Below are positions 1-11,065 of a stretch of 20,000 nt of DNA, one piece after another. The DNA lies in contig NC_057718.1 in assembly GCF_004010195.1 (NCBI RefSeq), positions 53,859,009 through 53,879,008 of the forward strand, written 5' to 3'. This DNA comes from Chiloscyllium plagiosum (lineage: Eukaryota). The position numbers and the translations under genes were made by a program. The number at the start of each line of letters is the position of its first letter. Positions within the stretch are counted from its first letter, which is position 1. Below the pieces are notes generated by a model that saw only the letters and a program-made list of their open reading frames with translations, had not been told where the DNA came from and searched no databases.

Positions 1-74
1 CAAGCATACTGAAAACCTGAAGTAATTAGAATCCATTTTTACTTCTATTAAAATAAACAGCAAAGTATTTTTGA

Positions 75-250
75 TATTCACTCATGGGCTGTGAATGTCT
101 TTGAGAAGTTGGGCAGTTGTGTCTCTTATTAATTGCCCTTGTGAGGCTGGTGGTGAGTTGCTGCATCCTGTGTGGAATAGATACAATCACAATGCTTTTA
201 GAAAGGGAGGTATGGAGGGACTCGACCCAGTGACAGTGAAGGGACAGGGA
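75..250 (-). mobile_element. Degenerate 3' end of a non-LTR retrotransposon (CR1/L2-group LINE)
   Basis: Reverse complement resembles 17240-17407 in this window (GACCCAGTGACAGTGAAGGGA here vs TTCCTTCATTGTGGCTAGGTC there) and a shark LINE 3' tail that I recall. Confidence 0.65.
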
Positions 251-253
251 AAT

Positions 254-1030
254 GGTAATGTTGTGGTCATGATACAGAACTCATGAACTGGAAGGCTCGA
301 GCTATGGTTTGTTCAGAGGAGCATGAAATCCATGGAAATTTCAATGTATTTAAAATCATGAAACATCTGGAATAGAAAGTTCACTTCAATTATAATGATT
401 ATAAAATGATTGGTTTGTTGTAAAACCCATCTGGTTCTTTAATGGCCTGAAGGAAAGGAAATCTCCCGTCCTGGCCTGATCTGGCCTAGGTGTGACTCCA
501 GAGTTTCAATAATGTTTGAGTTTTAACTGCCTTCTGAAAAAAACCCGAGTAACCCATTCTGCCATATCAAACTGCTGCAGACATTTAAAATAGAATAAAA
601 CCAGATATAAATGATCTAGGCACTTCAAACTAAACCCTGCCCTGTCAATCCTGCAAAGCTTTTCTCATTAATATGTGGTCACTTGTGGCAAAAGTATTAG
701 AGTTTCCCCATAGTCCAAGGGCATTGTCATATTCATCAAAACATAATTTACAGTCAAGGTCCAAATTCCCTTCAACACAATCCCTGACAGGACAGATCAA
801 AGCACTGTTGGTGCAGTTAACAATGCTGTTGGACCCTGTTAAGTCTCCTGGTATTGCATCACCTTTGAGCAAGGGAACATCCTGCTGATAAGCACAAACC
901 GCATCCCCTCCACCACCTCAGCTGATGAATCAATGCTCCTGCATGTTGAAAGAAGCAATTACAGTGGCAAAGATATAGAATATACTTCAGATGGAGCTTC
1001 ACTGTCCATCATGAGGAGTTACTCAGAATG
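254..1030 (+). mobile_element. 5' part of a decayed LINE: tRNA/SINE-like head, conserved central block, then APE endonuclease remnant
   Basis: Block AAAACCCATCTGGTTCTTTAATGGCCTGAAGGAAAGGAAATCTCCCGTCC...GTGACTCCAGA at 422-502. Downstream frameshifted APE-like remnants (GGGAACATCCTGCTGATAAGC ~873-893, CCTCAGCTGATGAATCAATGCTCCTGCATGTTGAA ~916-950, GAGCTTCACTGTCCATCATGAGGAG ~994-1018 resembling GDFNVHHQEW). Recognised from recalled consensus. Confidence 0.6.
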
Positions 1031-1099
1031 ACAGCACTCATTGCTTGTTAAAGGTATAGTTAACAGCCCAATGCACCTCATCAATATTCCATATTCCAC

Positions 1100-1450
1100 C
1101 TCATCAAATTCACCAAACAGCCTCAATGCCAGGAGGGCTTGACATGGAAACTAAAGCATGCCCGTGACAGATTCAACTTACTGTTTGCTCTAAACAAGCT
1201 CTAGTTTGGAAAATGGCATCAAAGCTTCAGGGTTACTCCTTGGAAATCAGCCACATGCATCCACCCAGATCCATAGGCATAGTGCAGACTCTAAGAACCC
1301 TCATGTCTCATTTCCAATCCACTTTCTGTACTTCAATGCTGCACGTCAGGCTGCACAGACAACTATCATTATAGTAATGTTGTTGCAAGGTCGCTGTGAT
1401 CTCAGGGACATACACACCAACGCATGGACTGGACCAGGCTGTACCTCTGC
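1100..1450 (+). pseudogene. Possible highly decayed PIF/Harbinger transposase remnant
   Basis: ORF 1206-1595 segment YFNAARQAAQTTIIIVMLLQGRC loosely resembles the HARBI1-type motif YNxxHxxTRxxIExxIGxLKxRFRCL; AGGGTTACTCCTTG (~1229) resembles the GY-P-L codons. Weak. Confidence 0.25.
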
Positions 1451-1573
1451 CTCTTACTCACTGACAGTGCATACTGTATCTGCTAATCCCTCAACCAAAT
1501 ATATCAGGCTCATATTGCCACTCTCTTTCCTTACTGTTTACTGCAGGTACAATGCCAAGGAATTTGTCATAGT

Positions 1574-2200
1574 TGTGATGAAGCTGCTTCTTTAACAAGG
1601 TTATGCTGCCCTTGCCTTTTTTTCAGAGAGGTATAAATAACACAGACTCTGAGAAATCTGGGGTGGAAGGGGTTTTGGGCCAAGTTGATCATAGCTAGAG
1701 ATACTGTCTCAGGCAGAAGGCTTTCAAGTTTAAAAAAAAACATTTGTACAATGAAAGGGAAATGGCCAGTTCTCCCAGCTCAGCTTTTCGCTGGCTCGGT
1801 TTGGTATTTAGCAGGATTGTGGAAAAGCTGCTGGACTCAAAGAAGCAGGTCCAGGCTGGTACTCTCTCTCTCTAACTTCCATCCTGTAAGAATCTGTGTT
1901 TGATTTTACCTTTTATGCCAAGGGATGTTTATGGGAATTGTTGCAAGTATTTGGAACAGCATCATTAAGTTGGGATGATCTCTTGGGTTATCACAGAGGT
2001 TAAGTTATTCGGTATTCTGATTTCTATTGTTTGTGCTTTATTCAGTAACCTTGTAAATAAATTCTGTTTTGTTCAAAATTAAGGCAAGTGGCATCTCTCC
2101 TGGAATATCCCACTTTACATCTGCTTATAACAACTAGCAAAGTTAGGGTCCGGGCTACCTTGTTGAAATGTTTTGAGGAGGTCTGGCCTACTCCATAACA
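1574..2200 (+). mobile_element. Solo LTR (Gypsy/ERV-type), 627 bp
   Basis: Termini TGTGATG...CATAACA (TG..CA, 6/7 inverted repeat) flanked by a perfect 4-bp TSD TAGT (1570-1573 and 2201-2204); AATAAA at ~2056 on + followed by a GT/T-rich tract. Confidence 0.8.
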
Positions 2201-2669
2201 TAGTCATCAGTCACCTCCAGTCAATTCAAGTAGCTTGGGCCTTGCCCAATGGATCCCAGCAGAGTAAGTCCAGGGCAGCATCTGGTACTACTACAAGTTC
2301 TGCTTGGTGTGGTCAGAATCGGGATTTTCTCCTCATAAAGGGTGAGAAGTTGAAGGAAGGGCTGCACATCACCCACCTTAACCCTTTCTGCCCTATCATG
2401 GACAGTTTTCCTTGGAGAGTGAGAGAGACAGACAGTTATTCAATGAGAAAGTGGATGGCACAGCTGTTACTGTTGGTGCAGGTGGGTAGGTGTCCCAAAT
2501 GAAAGTGTACGCACTGCAGAGGCAATGCAGGGTTAGTGATGTTGGGAGTTTGAGTGGTGAGGATGTTTCAGGCAACAGTGAGAGTGGTGGGGGATGGATC
2601 TTGGTAGGCGGTGGGTACAATAGCTGAGAAAGAGTGAGTATGAGGTATCAGAGAATAAATGGTGGCTCG

Positions 2670-2895
2670 TAGATAGAGTGGACAAAGACATTGATCTTCT
2701 TCCTACAGTGCTGGGCATTCGTCCGGGTGGCTGAGAGTGCTTAGGGAGCAACCTTGGAGATGGCTGGCATGGTTTGATGAGTGACCTCCTCTGCTGGTCC
2801 TGGGAGTGGAGGAAATCCCACGTCAGCATCATCCCATTCAGCAGGACCTCTAGGTCCCTGCCCACAAAGCAGGGCAGAAATTCCCTGCTTGCCAT
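2670..2895 (-). pseudogene. Decayed Myb/SANT-like (trihelix) DNA-binding gene of a PIF/Harbinger transposon
   Basis: Minus frame 1 gives MASREFLPCFVGRDLEVLLNGM..QDQQRR; after a frameshift HQTMPAISKVAP*ALSATRTNAQHCRKKINVF. This matches the Myb/SANT-like pattern (F..xxLEVLL...RTxxQCRKKxNDL). Confidence 0.6.
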
Positions 2896-3579
2896 TTCCA
2901 GAGCAAATATCTGTAACCACAGACTGACTGTTGGACAGGGAGCTCATCGCACTTTTGAAGATGGCAGGAGTACAAGAGTTTCTGGTATATCTACTGAGTA
3001 CCAAGTTGTTGCGGAGGGCCTATGTAGTTTGATAGGGCAGATTTTGGTTATGAGAAATGCCATTGTGACAATAGTAGTTATAAATCAGGTCAATTTGGTT
3101 AGAAAGGGAGGAAGAACTTATTAATCTTCGTGGGAACAAATCCTCCACTTAACTCAACACAACCAGGACTTTGCCAAAAAGAAGGGTCAGCTCGATGTTG
3201 TATAATTGCTCTTATAGTAGCAATCCTAATAACCAAATAATTGACAGTAATATTACTTTGTATTCAACCATTTAGACCATTGTAACTTGATCAGTTCCTC
3301 ATTTCAATTAAGAGCTGAATTTTGTCAGAGACTATTACTCTTCATTGATCTAACCACACTATACCATAAGATGGTTTTCATAGAGTTGTATGTAAATAGC
3401 TAACTCAGCAGAAGACAGAGATGAATTGATTATGTGACACATCAGGATCAATTGAGGCCAAACAACCTACACAATAGTAGTTAATTAATCTATATGGATC
3501 CAAAAACCAAAAGAAAGCATATGGATCATGCCTTAGAAGCTGACAATTAAAAACATTTCAAGACTATATATCAAAGCTT

Positions 3580-3862
3580 CATAGAATCAAAAAAAAAGGA
3601 GGCCTTTAAAATCAATGCTGCTGTATAAGATCTTTGTAAGACATTTCACCTGTTTAATTGACTATATTTTTATTTTTCAAGAACATTTTCAATTTCTTTG
3701 TGCAAGTTAATATTAAATTTGCTTCCATCACCCATTCAGGTAGTGAATTCCAGATCATTACAACTTGCAAAATTAAAAATATTCTCTTAATTTCCCTTCT
3801 GGACTTTTGCACATTATCTTAAATTTGTCACCTCTACTTACTGTCCTTCCTACAGTGGGAAC
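3580..3862 (-). mobile_element. CR1-type LINE 3' end fragment
   Basis: CATAGAATC tail start, then GCTTCCATCACCCATTCAGGTAGTGAATTCCAGATCATTACAAC, the typical antisense of the CR1 ORF2 C-terminus and 3' UTR. Confidence 0.65.
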
Positions 3863-4199
3863 ACATCAGTGTAAATGGAAAGTAGAAAACCTCGACATTC
3901 GTGATTTTGCTTTTCGTTTTGAAAATGAAGTGCAAGGAAGCCATCTAAAGGTTATATCATTTAAAATCTTCAAAAGCTATCAGCAAAGAAATATTACTTC
4001 ATTTATCAAGGATAATGAGCTAAATAAGTAGATAATTTAGAACAAAATTTGGAAAATTTTAAGTCCTACCTCCAAATGTGATGACTATGAAGCAGTGTTT
4101 TAGCACATCCAAACAAGTTAATAAATTTTTTTTTACAATTCCAAAGATATTATTAATAAGTGATTTTTAAGAGGAGTGGTGAGGTTCCTTAGGACTGAA

Positions 4200-5330
4200 T
4201 GAAGATCTACAAGTATGGGAGTGCAGAAGGACTGGTGAAGATGTCAAGTGATATTTTGCAGTAGTATTTAGCAAGGAAGAGAATTTTGCCAAAAGTATAG
4301 TGAACACGGAGGTTGCCATGATGTTGGTTAAGATAAACCAGGTAAAGAGGAGATACTAGAAAGATTGGTGGCATTTTAACTAAACCAGTGGATGGGATGT
4401 AACCTTTTTTTGTTGAGGGAATTAAGGATTTAAATTGCAGAGGTGCAAGTCCCAATCTCCCAGTCCTCCTTTGCTACAGAGTTGATGTAAAAAGGGACTA
4501 GAGAACTGTAAATATTTTACTCTCATTCCAGATAAAGGAAACAAATGAACTTGGCAATAACAAGCAAGACAGTTCTGATAAGAAACAATAATCTGGGAAA
4601 AATTAATTAGAGTGGATGAATTGAGTCAGCACATATTAGTTAAATGTAGATCGTGTTTGAATAATTTGACAACATTTGGATGAGGCAAATGAAGAAAGTT
4701 CAGTAACTACTGTGTAGAGAGATTTCACATTGATGTTTCACAAAGTAACACACACTAGAGTCCTGCACCAGTTGTGTTTATCTTAATGGACTGCCCTTGT
4801 CAATCTTGCCCCTCACTAGCGATGTGGTGACCCTCATCTTAAATCAACACCAATCATCTTTGTTTAAGGAGAGAGCAGCCCTATGGGTTGGTAAGACTAT
4901 AATGACAGATTATCAACAGTTACAACCATAGGAATCAAAGAGGAAAAGTGGCATATATAGAAGATTGACTAAAATTGAAAAAGATGAGTTGTCATTTTTG
5001 TACTGGAGGAATGGATACAATGAGATCCCCAAGGAACATTGCTGTTTATGATGTTTAGTAGTGACTTGGATTTGGGAGCCTGGGTACAGTTTTGATATTT
5101 TCATGTGACACAAAACTTGAAAGAATACTAAACAATGCAGAAGATAGTGATGAATGAGTTAGAATTGACAGATATCTGATGAAAATCAATATTTGGAGGT
5201 GTGAATGGAAGGAATGAGAAGGGTCAATGCAAACTAAATTGTACAATTTTAATGAAGACGCTGGAGTACGGAAAACTGAAATGTTTGTGCAGTAATCTCT
5301 GAAGGTGGTAGGACCGATTGACAAAGCAAT
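4200..5330 (+). mobile_element. Decayed CR1 ORF2 (reverse transcriptase region), interrupted by another repeat at ~4765-4907
   Basis: Remnants of the codons for SQHGFVKGRSCLTNL (GAGTCAGCACATATTAGTTAAATGTAGATCGTGTTTG ~4623-4660), FDKVPH (~4736-4753), GVPQG (GATCCCCAAGGA ~5024) and FADDTKL (TTTTCATGTGACACAAAACTT ~5098), in the correct order; many stops and indels. Confidence 0.7.
4765..4907. mobile_element. Short interspersed repeat fragment inserted in the CR1 remnant
   Basis: GATGTGGTGACCCTCATCTTAAATCAACACCAATCATC...GAGAGAGCAGCCCTATGG resembles a recurrent shark repeat tail; it breaks CR1 collinearity right after the DKVPH-like region. Confidence 0.45.
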
Positions 5331-5344
5331 TACATTTGAACCAC

Positions 5345-6110
5345 TGTAGAGACAACTGTTTAAAATAAATGAATTTCCCAGTGAGCAGGAAATAACTGAA
5401 AGACAGGATTTCACATTTAAGATTTAACTATAACAAACAGACTAACTTCAATATAGATGAAAAATCACTTCACAAACTAATAAACCAAAATAAAGAAAAC
5501 ATTATTAATACATTAACTAGCTAAAGGAACTGAGATACACATTGTATTCCTTCTCACTGGCCACTTTACTTCAGGCAGATGTGTAGCAGTACAAGAACAC
5601 ATCCAAATTTCTTCCAACTCACTTCCCTTTGCCTTATGAGTTCAATACTTTAGTGTCCTTCAAAAGGCAGAATCCTTCAGAAATGAATTTCTGCCATGAA
5701 AGTCCGCCTCAGAGACTACTTGCTCCTTAAACATTAGTAACTTTCTTAAAGTTCTGTTCCTTTCATTTTAACATATAACATACTTTAACTAGCATCCTGC
5801 TTAGTTGTTAACACAAGACAGTCCTTCCCTCCGCTTCTCTGTGGCAGCTTCTCTAGTTCCCCCAAACAGCAGTATCCGCCTTGTCTCTCTCTCTTTCTCT
5901 CTCTTCAATAGCGGTCCCCAGGTACAGAATCTGTTACTTGATACTTCAACAAGTTTCTATTTGGATCTCTTCCCCATGGCAACCAAACTACATAAGCCTG
6001 TCCTCAGGCTGAAAGTTTTTAATGTGACCTCTACAATACTTTGTTTCACTGGAAGTTAAAGAAGCCATTTTAAAAGGAAACTATTTGCAATATTCAGCAT
6101 TCATTGCAAT
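5345..6110. mobile_element. Possible old solo-LTR-like segment
   Basis: Begins TGTAG at the point where CR1 homology ends; composition and (CT)n tract resemble 11981-12540. The right terminus and TSD could not be established. Confidence 0.3.
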
Positions 6111-6340
6111 TAATTAAGTATACAACACAGTGAAGATTAGTGGGAAGCCAGAGGATTGGGAAGCCTTTAAAAACCTGCAGAGGACATCCAGAAAAGCAAT
6201 AATGAGAGAGAAGATGAAATATGAGAGAAAGCTGGCTAATAATATGAAAGAAGATTGCAAGAGCTATTTAAATATTTAAATGGTAGAAGAGAGGCACTAG
6301 AGGATATTGGATTACTGGAAAATGAGGCTGGAGAAGCAGT

Positions 6341-6648
6341 AATCATAGAATCATAAAATCCCTACAGTGTGGAAGCAGGTCATTCATTGTATCAAGCCCA
6401 TCCAGACCCAACCCTTACCCTATCCCTGTAACTCTGCATTTCCCTTGGCTAATCCAACTAGCTTATACATCCCTGGACACTATGGACATTTTAGCATAGC
6501 CAATCCACCTAACCTGCACATCTTTGGACAGTGGGAGGAAACTGGAGGACCCGAAGGAAACACACACACATACACACGCAAGGCTGGAACTGAACTTAGG
6601 TCTCTGGTGCTGTGAGACAGCAGTGCTAACCACTGAGCTACTGTGCCA
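6341..6648 (-). mobile_element. HE1-type tRNA-derived V-SINE (older copy)
   Basis: Homologous to 11066-11365 and 16898-17220; minus-strand head GGCACAGTAGCTCAGTGGTTAGCACTGCTG; AATCATAG-type tail repeats; interrupts the CR1. Confidence 0.85.
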
Positions 6649-7160
6649 CTAAATGAGAACAAAATAATGGCAGAGAAACTAAATAAGTACTTTGCAACAG
6701 TTTTCACAGTGGAAGCCACCATCGACATACCAGATCTTCAAGACAGTCAGGGAGCAGAGGTGAGTGTAGTGGTCATCACTAAGAGAAGGTGCTGGGAAGC
6801 TCAAAGGGCTAAAGGTGGATAAACCACTCAGAAGAAATGGACTACATACCAGAGTTCAGAATGAGATAACTGAGAAGATTGTAGAGGCAATGATGGTGAT
6901 CCTACAGGAATTACGAAAGTCATGAAGGTCCCTCAGGACTGGGAACTGGCTACTGTAATGCTCCAGTTTAAAAGGGAGAGAGGCAGAGGACAGGAAATTA
7001 TACGCTGTTTAGCTTGACCTCGGTTGTTGGTAAGATTTTAGAGTCCGTTATTTAGGACAGAGATAGTTATGTTCTTGATTAGTAAAGGGATCAAGGGTTA
7101 TGGGGAGAGGGCAAAAGAATAAGGTTGAGAAACATATAAGCCATGAACAAATGGCAGGAG

Positions 7161-7273
7161 GCAAAAAAGCTGCAGGTGCTGGAATCCAAAGTAGACAGGC
7201 AGGAGGCTGGAAGAACACAGCAAGCCAGGCAGCATCAGGAGGTGGAGAAGTCGACATTCTGGGTGTAACCCTT
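7161..7273 (-). mobile_element. Penelope-like element terminal fragment with degenerate hammerhead motif
   Basis: GCTGCAGGTGCTGGAATC...AACACAGCAAGCCAGGCAGCATCAGGAGGTGGAGAAGTCGACATTCTGGGTGTAACCCTTC is homologous to 12551-12672; it splits the CR1 3' UTR between GGAG and CAGAC. Confidence 0.75.
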
Positions 7274-8143
7274 CAGACACAATGGTCTGAATGGCTTAAT
7301 GCTGCTCCTACATCTTATGTTCTTATAGTGAACAATTTGGATTTTTGACATGATAAATGGAAGTGAAGTTCAGAATTTTTGTCTCTACCTCTTGCCCAGG
7401 AACACCTGGGAGATATGGTCATAGAAATTTGTGTGATAGGACATAGAGCACCATGCCTATTGTTTACCTGCCTCTGCTGGAATTTTACCAGCAACAGGGT
7501 TAATGCTAGATGGACCCTGTGCCCTTAAGCTAACTACTGCTGACCTCAATGCCTTTCAAGCCTGCCACTGATACTTTTCCAACAGTGAGCTTCTACATCA
7601 CATGGCATAGTGGGATATGATTTCAGGAGGAGAATAGGGGTTTGGGACAGGGGCAGGGGGCGTGCTATCCATATATGCCTGGGTGTCAATATGGAATTTT
7701 AGTCCTAATGTGTGACTATATCTATAACTTCTGGCATATCTATACCTATTGGACAATCTGCACAATAAAATGGATAGAGTGCAAATCGAATTGTCAATCA
7801 ATATTGGCTGACTTGTATTATTTTGAATTTATACCCCATGGGGCCTACAGTAAAAATTCAGTATTGCTTCTTGAAAGTACACTTATAAATAAAATGTGAG
7901 TCCAAAATGTTACATTTTCCTCCTCATAGCTTTAACTAGAATAAGCATAAGCCTTCAATTTTCATGAAAAGTTTACGAAGAATCCACACAGAGTTCTTTT
8001 CCCTTAGAACAACTGTTTTTGTAGTCAATGATCAAAGCATTTGTAAATATGTGGGTGTTTTCCAATTTAGTTTCACTGAATCATATTTTTAACAGCAGAA
8101 AAAATATCGTTGTATAGCATTCAAGGTGGATGACGGGATTTAC

Positions 8144-8249
8144 CGTAATATCACCAGAGAATAGTGAAAGATTAACTGTACATAAATCCACAAAGAGATG
8201 TCCTTCAACAATATAAAAATAATTGGTATAGTTGCTCATCTCAGCTTCT
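8144..8249 (-). CDS. Candidate internal coding exon of an unidentified host gene
   Basis: Minus strand: acceptor GTGCTTTTATTTGTCTTACTCAACACAG, a 106-nt open exon (EAEMSNYTNYFYIVEGHLFVDLCTVNLSLFSGDIT), donor ACG|GTAAAT; lies in non-repetitive sequence. Confidence 0.35.
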
Positions 8250-8509
8250 CTGTGTTGAGTAAGACAAATAAAAGCACAATCCATTGATAGTAAAGTAAGA
8301 ATTAATGAGAAAAATCACTTCACAACCTTACTTTTCAATATTGATTCACATCTCATTTTTCAGCTTTCTGGCAGGAAATGTATTTTTGGTGTTTCGTCTT
8401 GAACAATGAAAAAATATTGATTTATATAATCTATCATTTCCTTATTATCTACCACAATCTCACTGTCTTGTAGTTAAGTATACACGTTATTTACTGTTTT
8501 TCCTCTTTA

Positions 8510-8712
8510 AATACTCGATGAAACTCTTGCTATCAGTTTGTATATTTCTAGACCTCGCATTCTCCAATTTATTCTTTCTGATTAACCTTTTCATCAATCT
8601 CCATTGTTCTTTATGTTCTAAGCGCTCTTCTGACTTACCACATCTTTCACATTAAATGACCCCTGCTTCACTGCTTTTCGAGACAGAGTTCCAAAGACTG
8701 ACAATCCACCAA
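8510..8712 (-). mobile_element. Decayed CR1 fragments
   Basis: Antisense CR1-like stretches, e.g. AATGACCCCTGCTTCACTGCTTTTCGAGACAGAGTTCCAAAGACT. Confidence 0.5.
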
Positions 8713-8939
8713 GACAATTTTAAACATTGCTACTATTAAGCCAAATGCTTGTTGTTATAAAGGACTGTGCACTTGAGTGAAATATTTGTTGTTACAAGGC
8801 TTCATTTACTTGAACGAATGTAAATGCAATAACATTGTTTCTTTATTTATGAGAGAATTATGCTCAATATGATGAAGTCCAGAACAAATATTTCAAACTT
8901 TATTTTATAGAACTTTATATATATTTCATTTAAGTATGG

Positions 8940-9429
8940 GTGCTAAGGTCTGCCCATAGTGAATGCTAGATTAGTTGACTTGGTAGGTGTTAAGAATAAA
9001 TGGTGATAGCTGGGGAGTACGGATTGGCATAAACTGGCTTAGGGACTATAAAGGGGCATGGAGGTACAGGGATATAAGTTGCTCTGGAGTGCATGAGGGG
9101 ACATGTGGGTGGGCAGGAGAACACTGGCTTGGATAGAGATTATGAAGGGTCATGAGGAATAGGTACAGATGGGGCATGGAGTGTGAATGGGAGAGGGAGA
9201 TGATGGGGAGAGAATCTGAAAAATTAGAACTGGAGAAATGGTATTTGGTTTATTCTTTCATTATCCAATTTCACACAGTGCCAGTGCAACAGAAGCCCCC
9301 TTCCATACTTGGCAGCGTCCGCACACATTCTGAGTTTTCCCAACCCATCAGGGAGTTGTGTCATCTCAAAAGGAAAACCTCCAACTATCCTGATACTGCT
9401 CTCCCTAACCAAGTGTGAAAATCCAGGAC
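8940..9429. repeat. G-rich degenerate repeat, possibly a non-autonomous DNA transposon remnant
   Basis: Recurring GGGGCATGGAG motif (9053, 9171); ends in GAAAATCCAGG, similar to the GAAAATTCCTGCC end at ~14056-14068. Confidence 0.3.
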
Positions 9430-9774
9430 TATGTCTTGCATGTTAATAAAACCTAGTCAGTTTTATATTAATGTATGGCAATATTAAAAATCAAATCACT
9501 CCATATTTCACAACATTGAGGCATTTTCAGAATTAAAACAGAATTAGTTTTGAGAGTTTCCCTTGGACACTGTTCCTTTAAGAGCTACTGCATCACCCCT
9601 GCACTAAATAGACAGTGTACAAGGCTCCCTGATAAAAATTTTGTGTGTCAATTTCCTAATCCAACTAATGGAAGTGGAGCAAATGTCATTACAACCGTCT
9701 ACAGTACTGTCAGGGGCCAACATAAATCTTTTTTTTTATCTAAGTTAGCTGATAACCTTCAAGAATTGCCCCCC

Positions 9775-9872
9775 AGAGAATGAGGTTGAGAAGCATGTCA
9801 GCCATGATGGAATGTTGGAGCAGACTCAATGGGCTGACTGGCCTAATTCTGCACCTGCAGCTTATGGTTTTT
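9775..9872 (+). mobile_element. CR1 3' tail fragment
   Basis: GGTTGAGAAGCATGTCAGCCATGATGGAATGTTGGAGCAGACTCAATGGGCTGACTGGCCTAATTCTGCACCT..CTTATG is homologous to the CR1 tail at 7121-7160 plus 7274-7327. Confidence 0.8.
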
Positions 9873-11065
9873 TGGCTTTATAGTCTGTGGGAGATTAATG
9901 GTCAATCTTCAGGAAGCTGCCACAAGCAAAACCCAGGAATATAATGACCAGAGAGTTAGAGCATGTTATTCTGTTTTTGAAAAAAATTATTGGTTTCAAA
10001 AACTTGGATATGGAGATCATATAATAAAACCTCATGGAAGGAGTCAAACTAGAGTTGGCAACTCTACTTCAGGCCTCAAGCATTGATTACTAAATGGCAT
10101 ACAACATCACCTCTGATAGGTGACCATGATATTCAACCTTAACCTCTCATGTGACTGGAATCCATGCAATGGTAATGCATACATTTTTGCATTGCTGTGA
10201 ATACAGATTTCTAATGATTTAAGCTTACTATCTACTGTTTAGCAATATTCAAAGACACGTAGAGCTGGTGGCGATTATTTTATTCCACTCTGCAAACTGT
10301 TGCTTTCTTGCCCCAAATAGAAAAACTGTCTAGCAAGACTACATTGAGAATTTCTTCCAAATTTCTGCATAGCTTTTCTGGAACTGTGAAGGAAACCCCA
10401 ATTTGGACACACATGGGGTTTCCAACAAAGCTGTGATAGAGAGTAGGAATAGTGTGAGAAAATACCAGTTTCACGTCAATGAGAATCTCACTTGATAATC
10501 GTTTGCAATTGCATAAACTAGTTGAGAGAACACAGAGCCTGTAAATTATGTAAAAGTTAATTGATTTAAGTTAAAGTATAAATCAATATTAGATTAAACA
10601 CTTTGCACAAAGAATCATACATTTCTTTGCAAGTTCCAACAAAAATGTTTAGAATGGAATTCGATTAGGGATATTTGGTTAGCAATGCTCCACAATATAC
10701 AGTGGCTTCTTGTCTCAAGGGATCTGTCTGATAAATGGAAATACAACAGCTAATACTATTGTAAAGTGAAGAATGTTCCAAACTTATGAGGAAGCAAGTA
10801 ATAAAAAGACTCCAAAAGTTCAAACTTTTTCCATTATTGATTATTGCTTCAGTGCAAGCCACACATAAAGTCTTGTCATCAGCAAGACAACTAGGTCAAT
10901 CAGCTACTACAGCTTATAACATACCTTGTTCTGAAAGGCATCAAATAATTAGATTGCAGTTCAACAACTCAGCTCAGAAATAATTTGTGGGTATGGTTGG
11001 AAGCTTCTTTCTGAAAAACCAATCAGAGTGGTTTGAAAGTGCATCCATGTAGTAGAAAAATTAAA

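Larger units (their letters stand above)
6118..7327 (+). mobile_element. CR1/HER1-like LINE: ORF2 segment joined by internal deletion to the 3' UTR; hosts a SINE and a Penelope-end insertion
   Basis: Recognisable ORF2 remnants (GAAGATTAGTGGGAAGCCAGAGGATTGGGAAG; GGAAATTATACGCTGTTTAGCTTGACCTCGGTTGTTGGTAAG resembling GNYRPVSLTSVVGK at ~6993-7033), jumping at ~7050 to the 3' end (AAGGGATCAAGGGTTATGGGG...TGAATGGCTTAATGCTGCTCCTACATCTTATGTTCTTAT). Confidence 0.85.

Noticed and set aside
8332..8397. Minus-strand exon ending at a GTAAGG donor
   Set aside because: All three frames contain stops.
10280..10474. Minus-strand ORF or exon after the acceptor CTCTCTATCACAG
   Set aside because: No good donor, several frames equally open and no recognisable protein.
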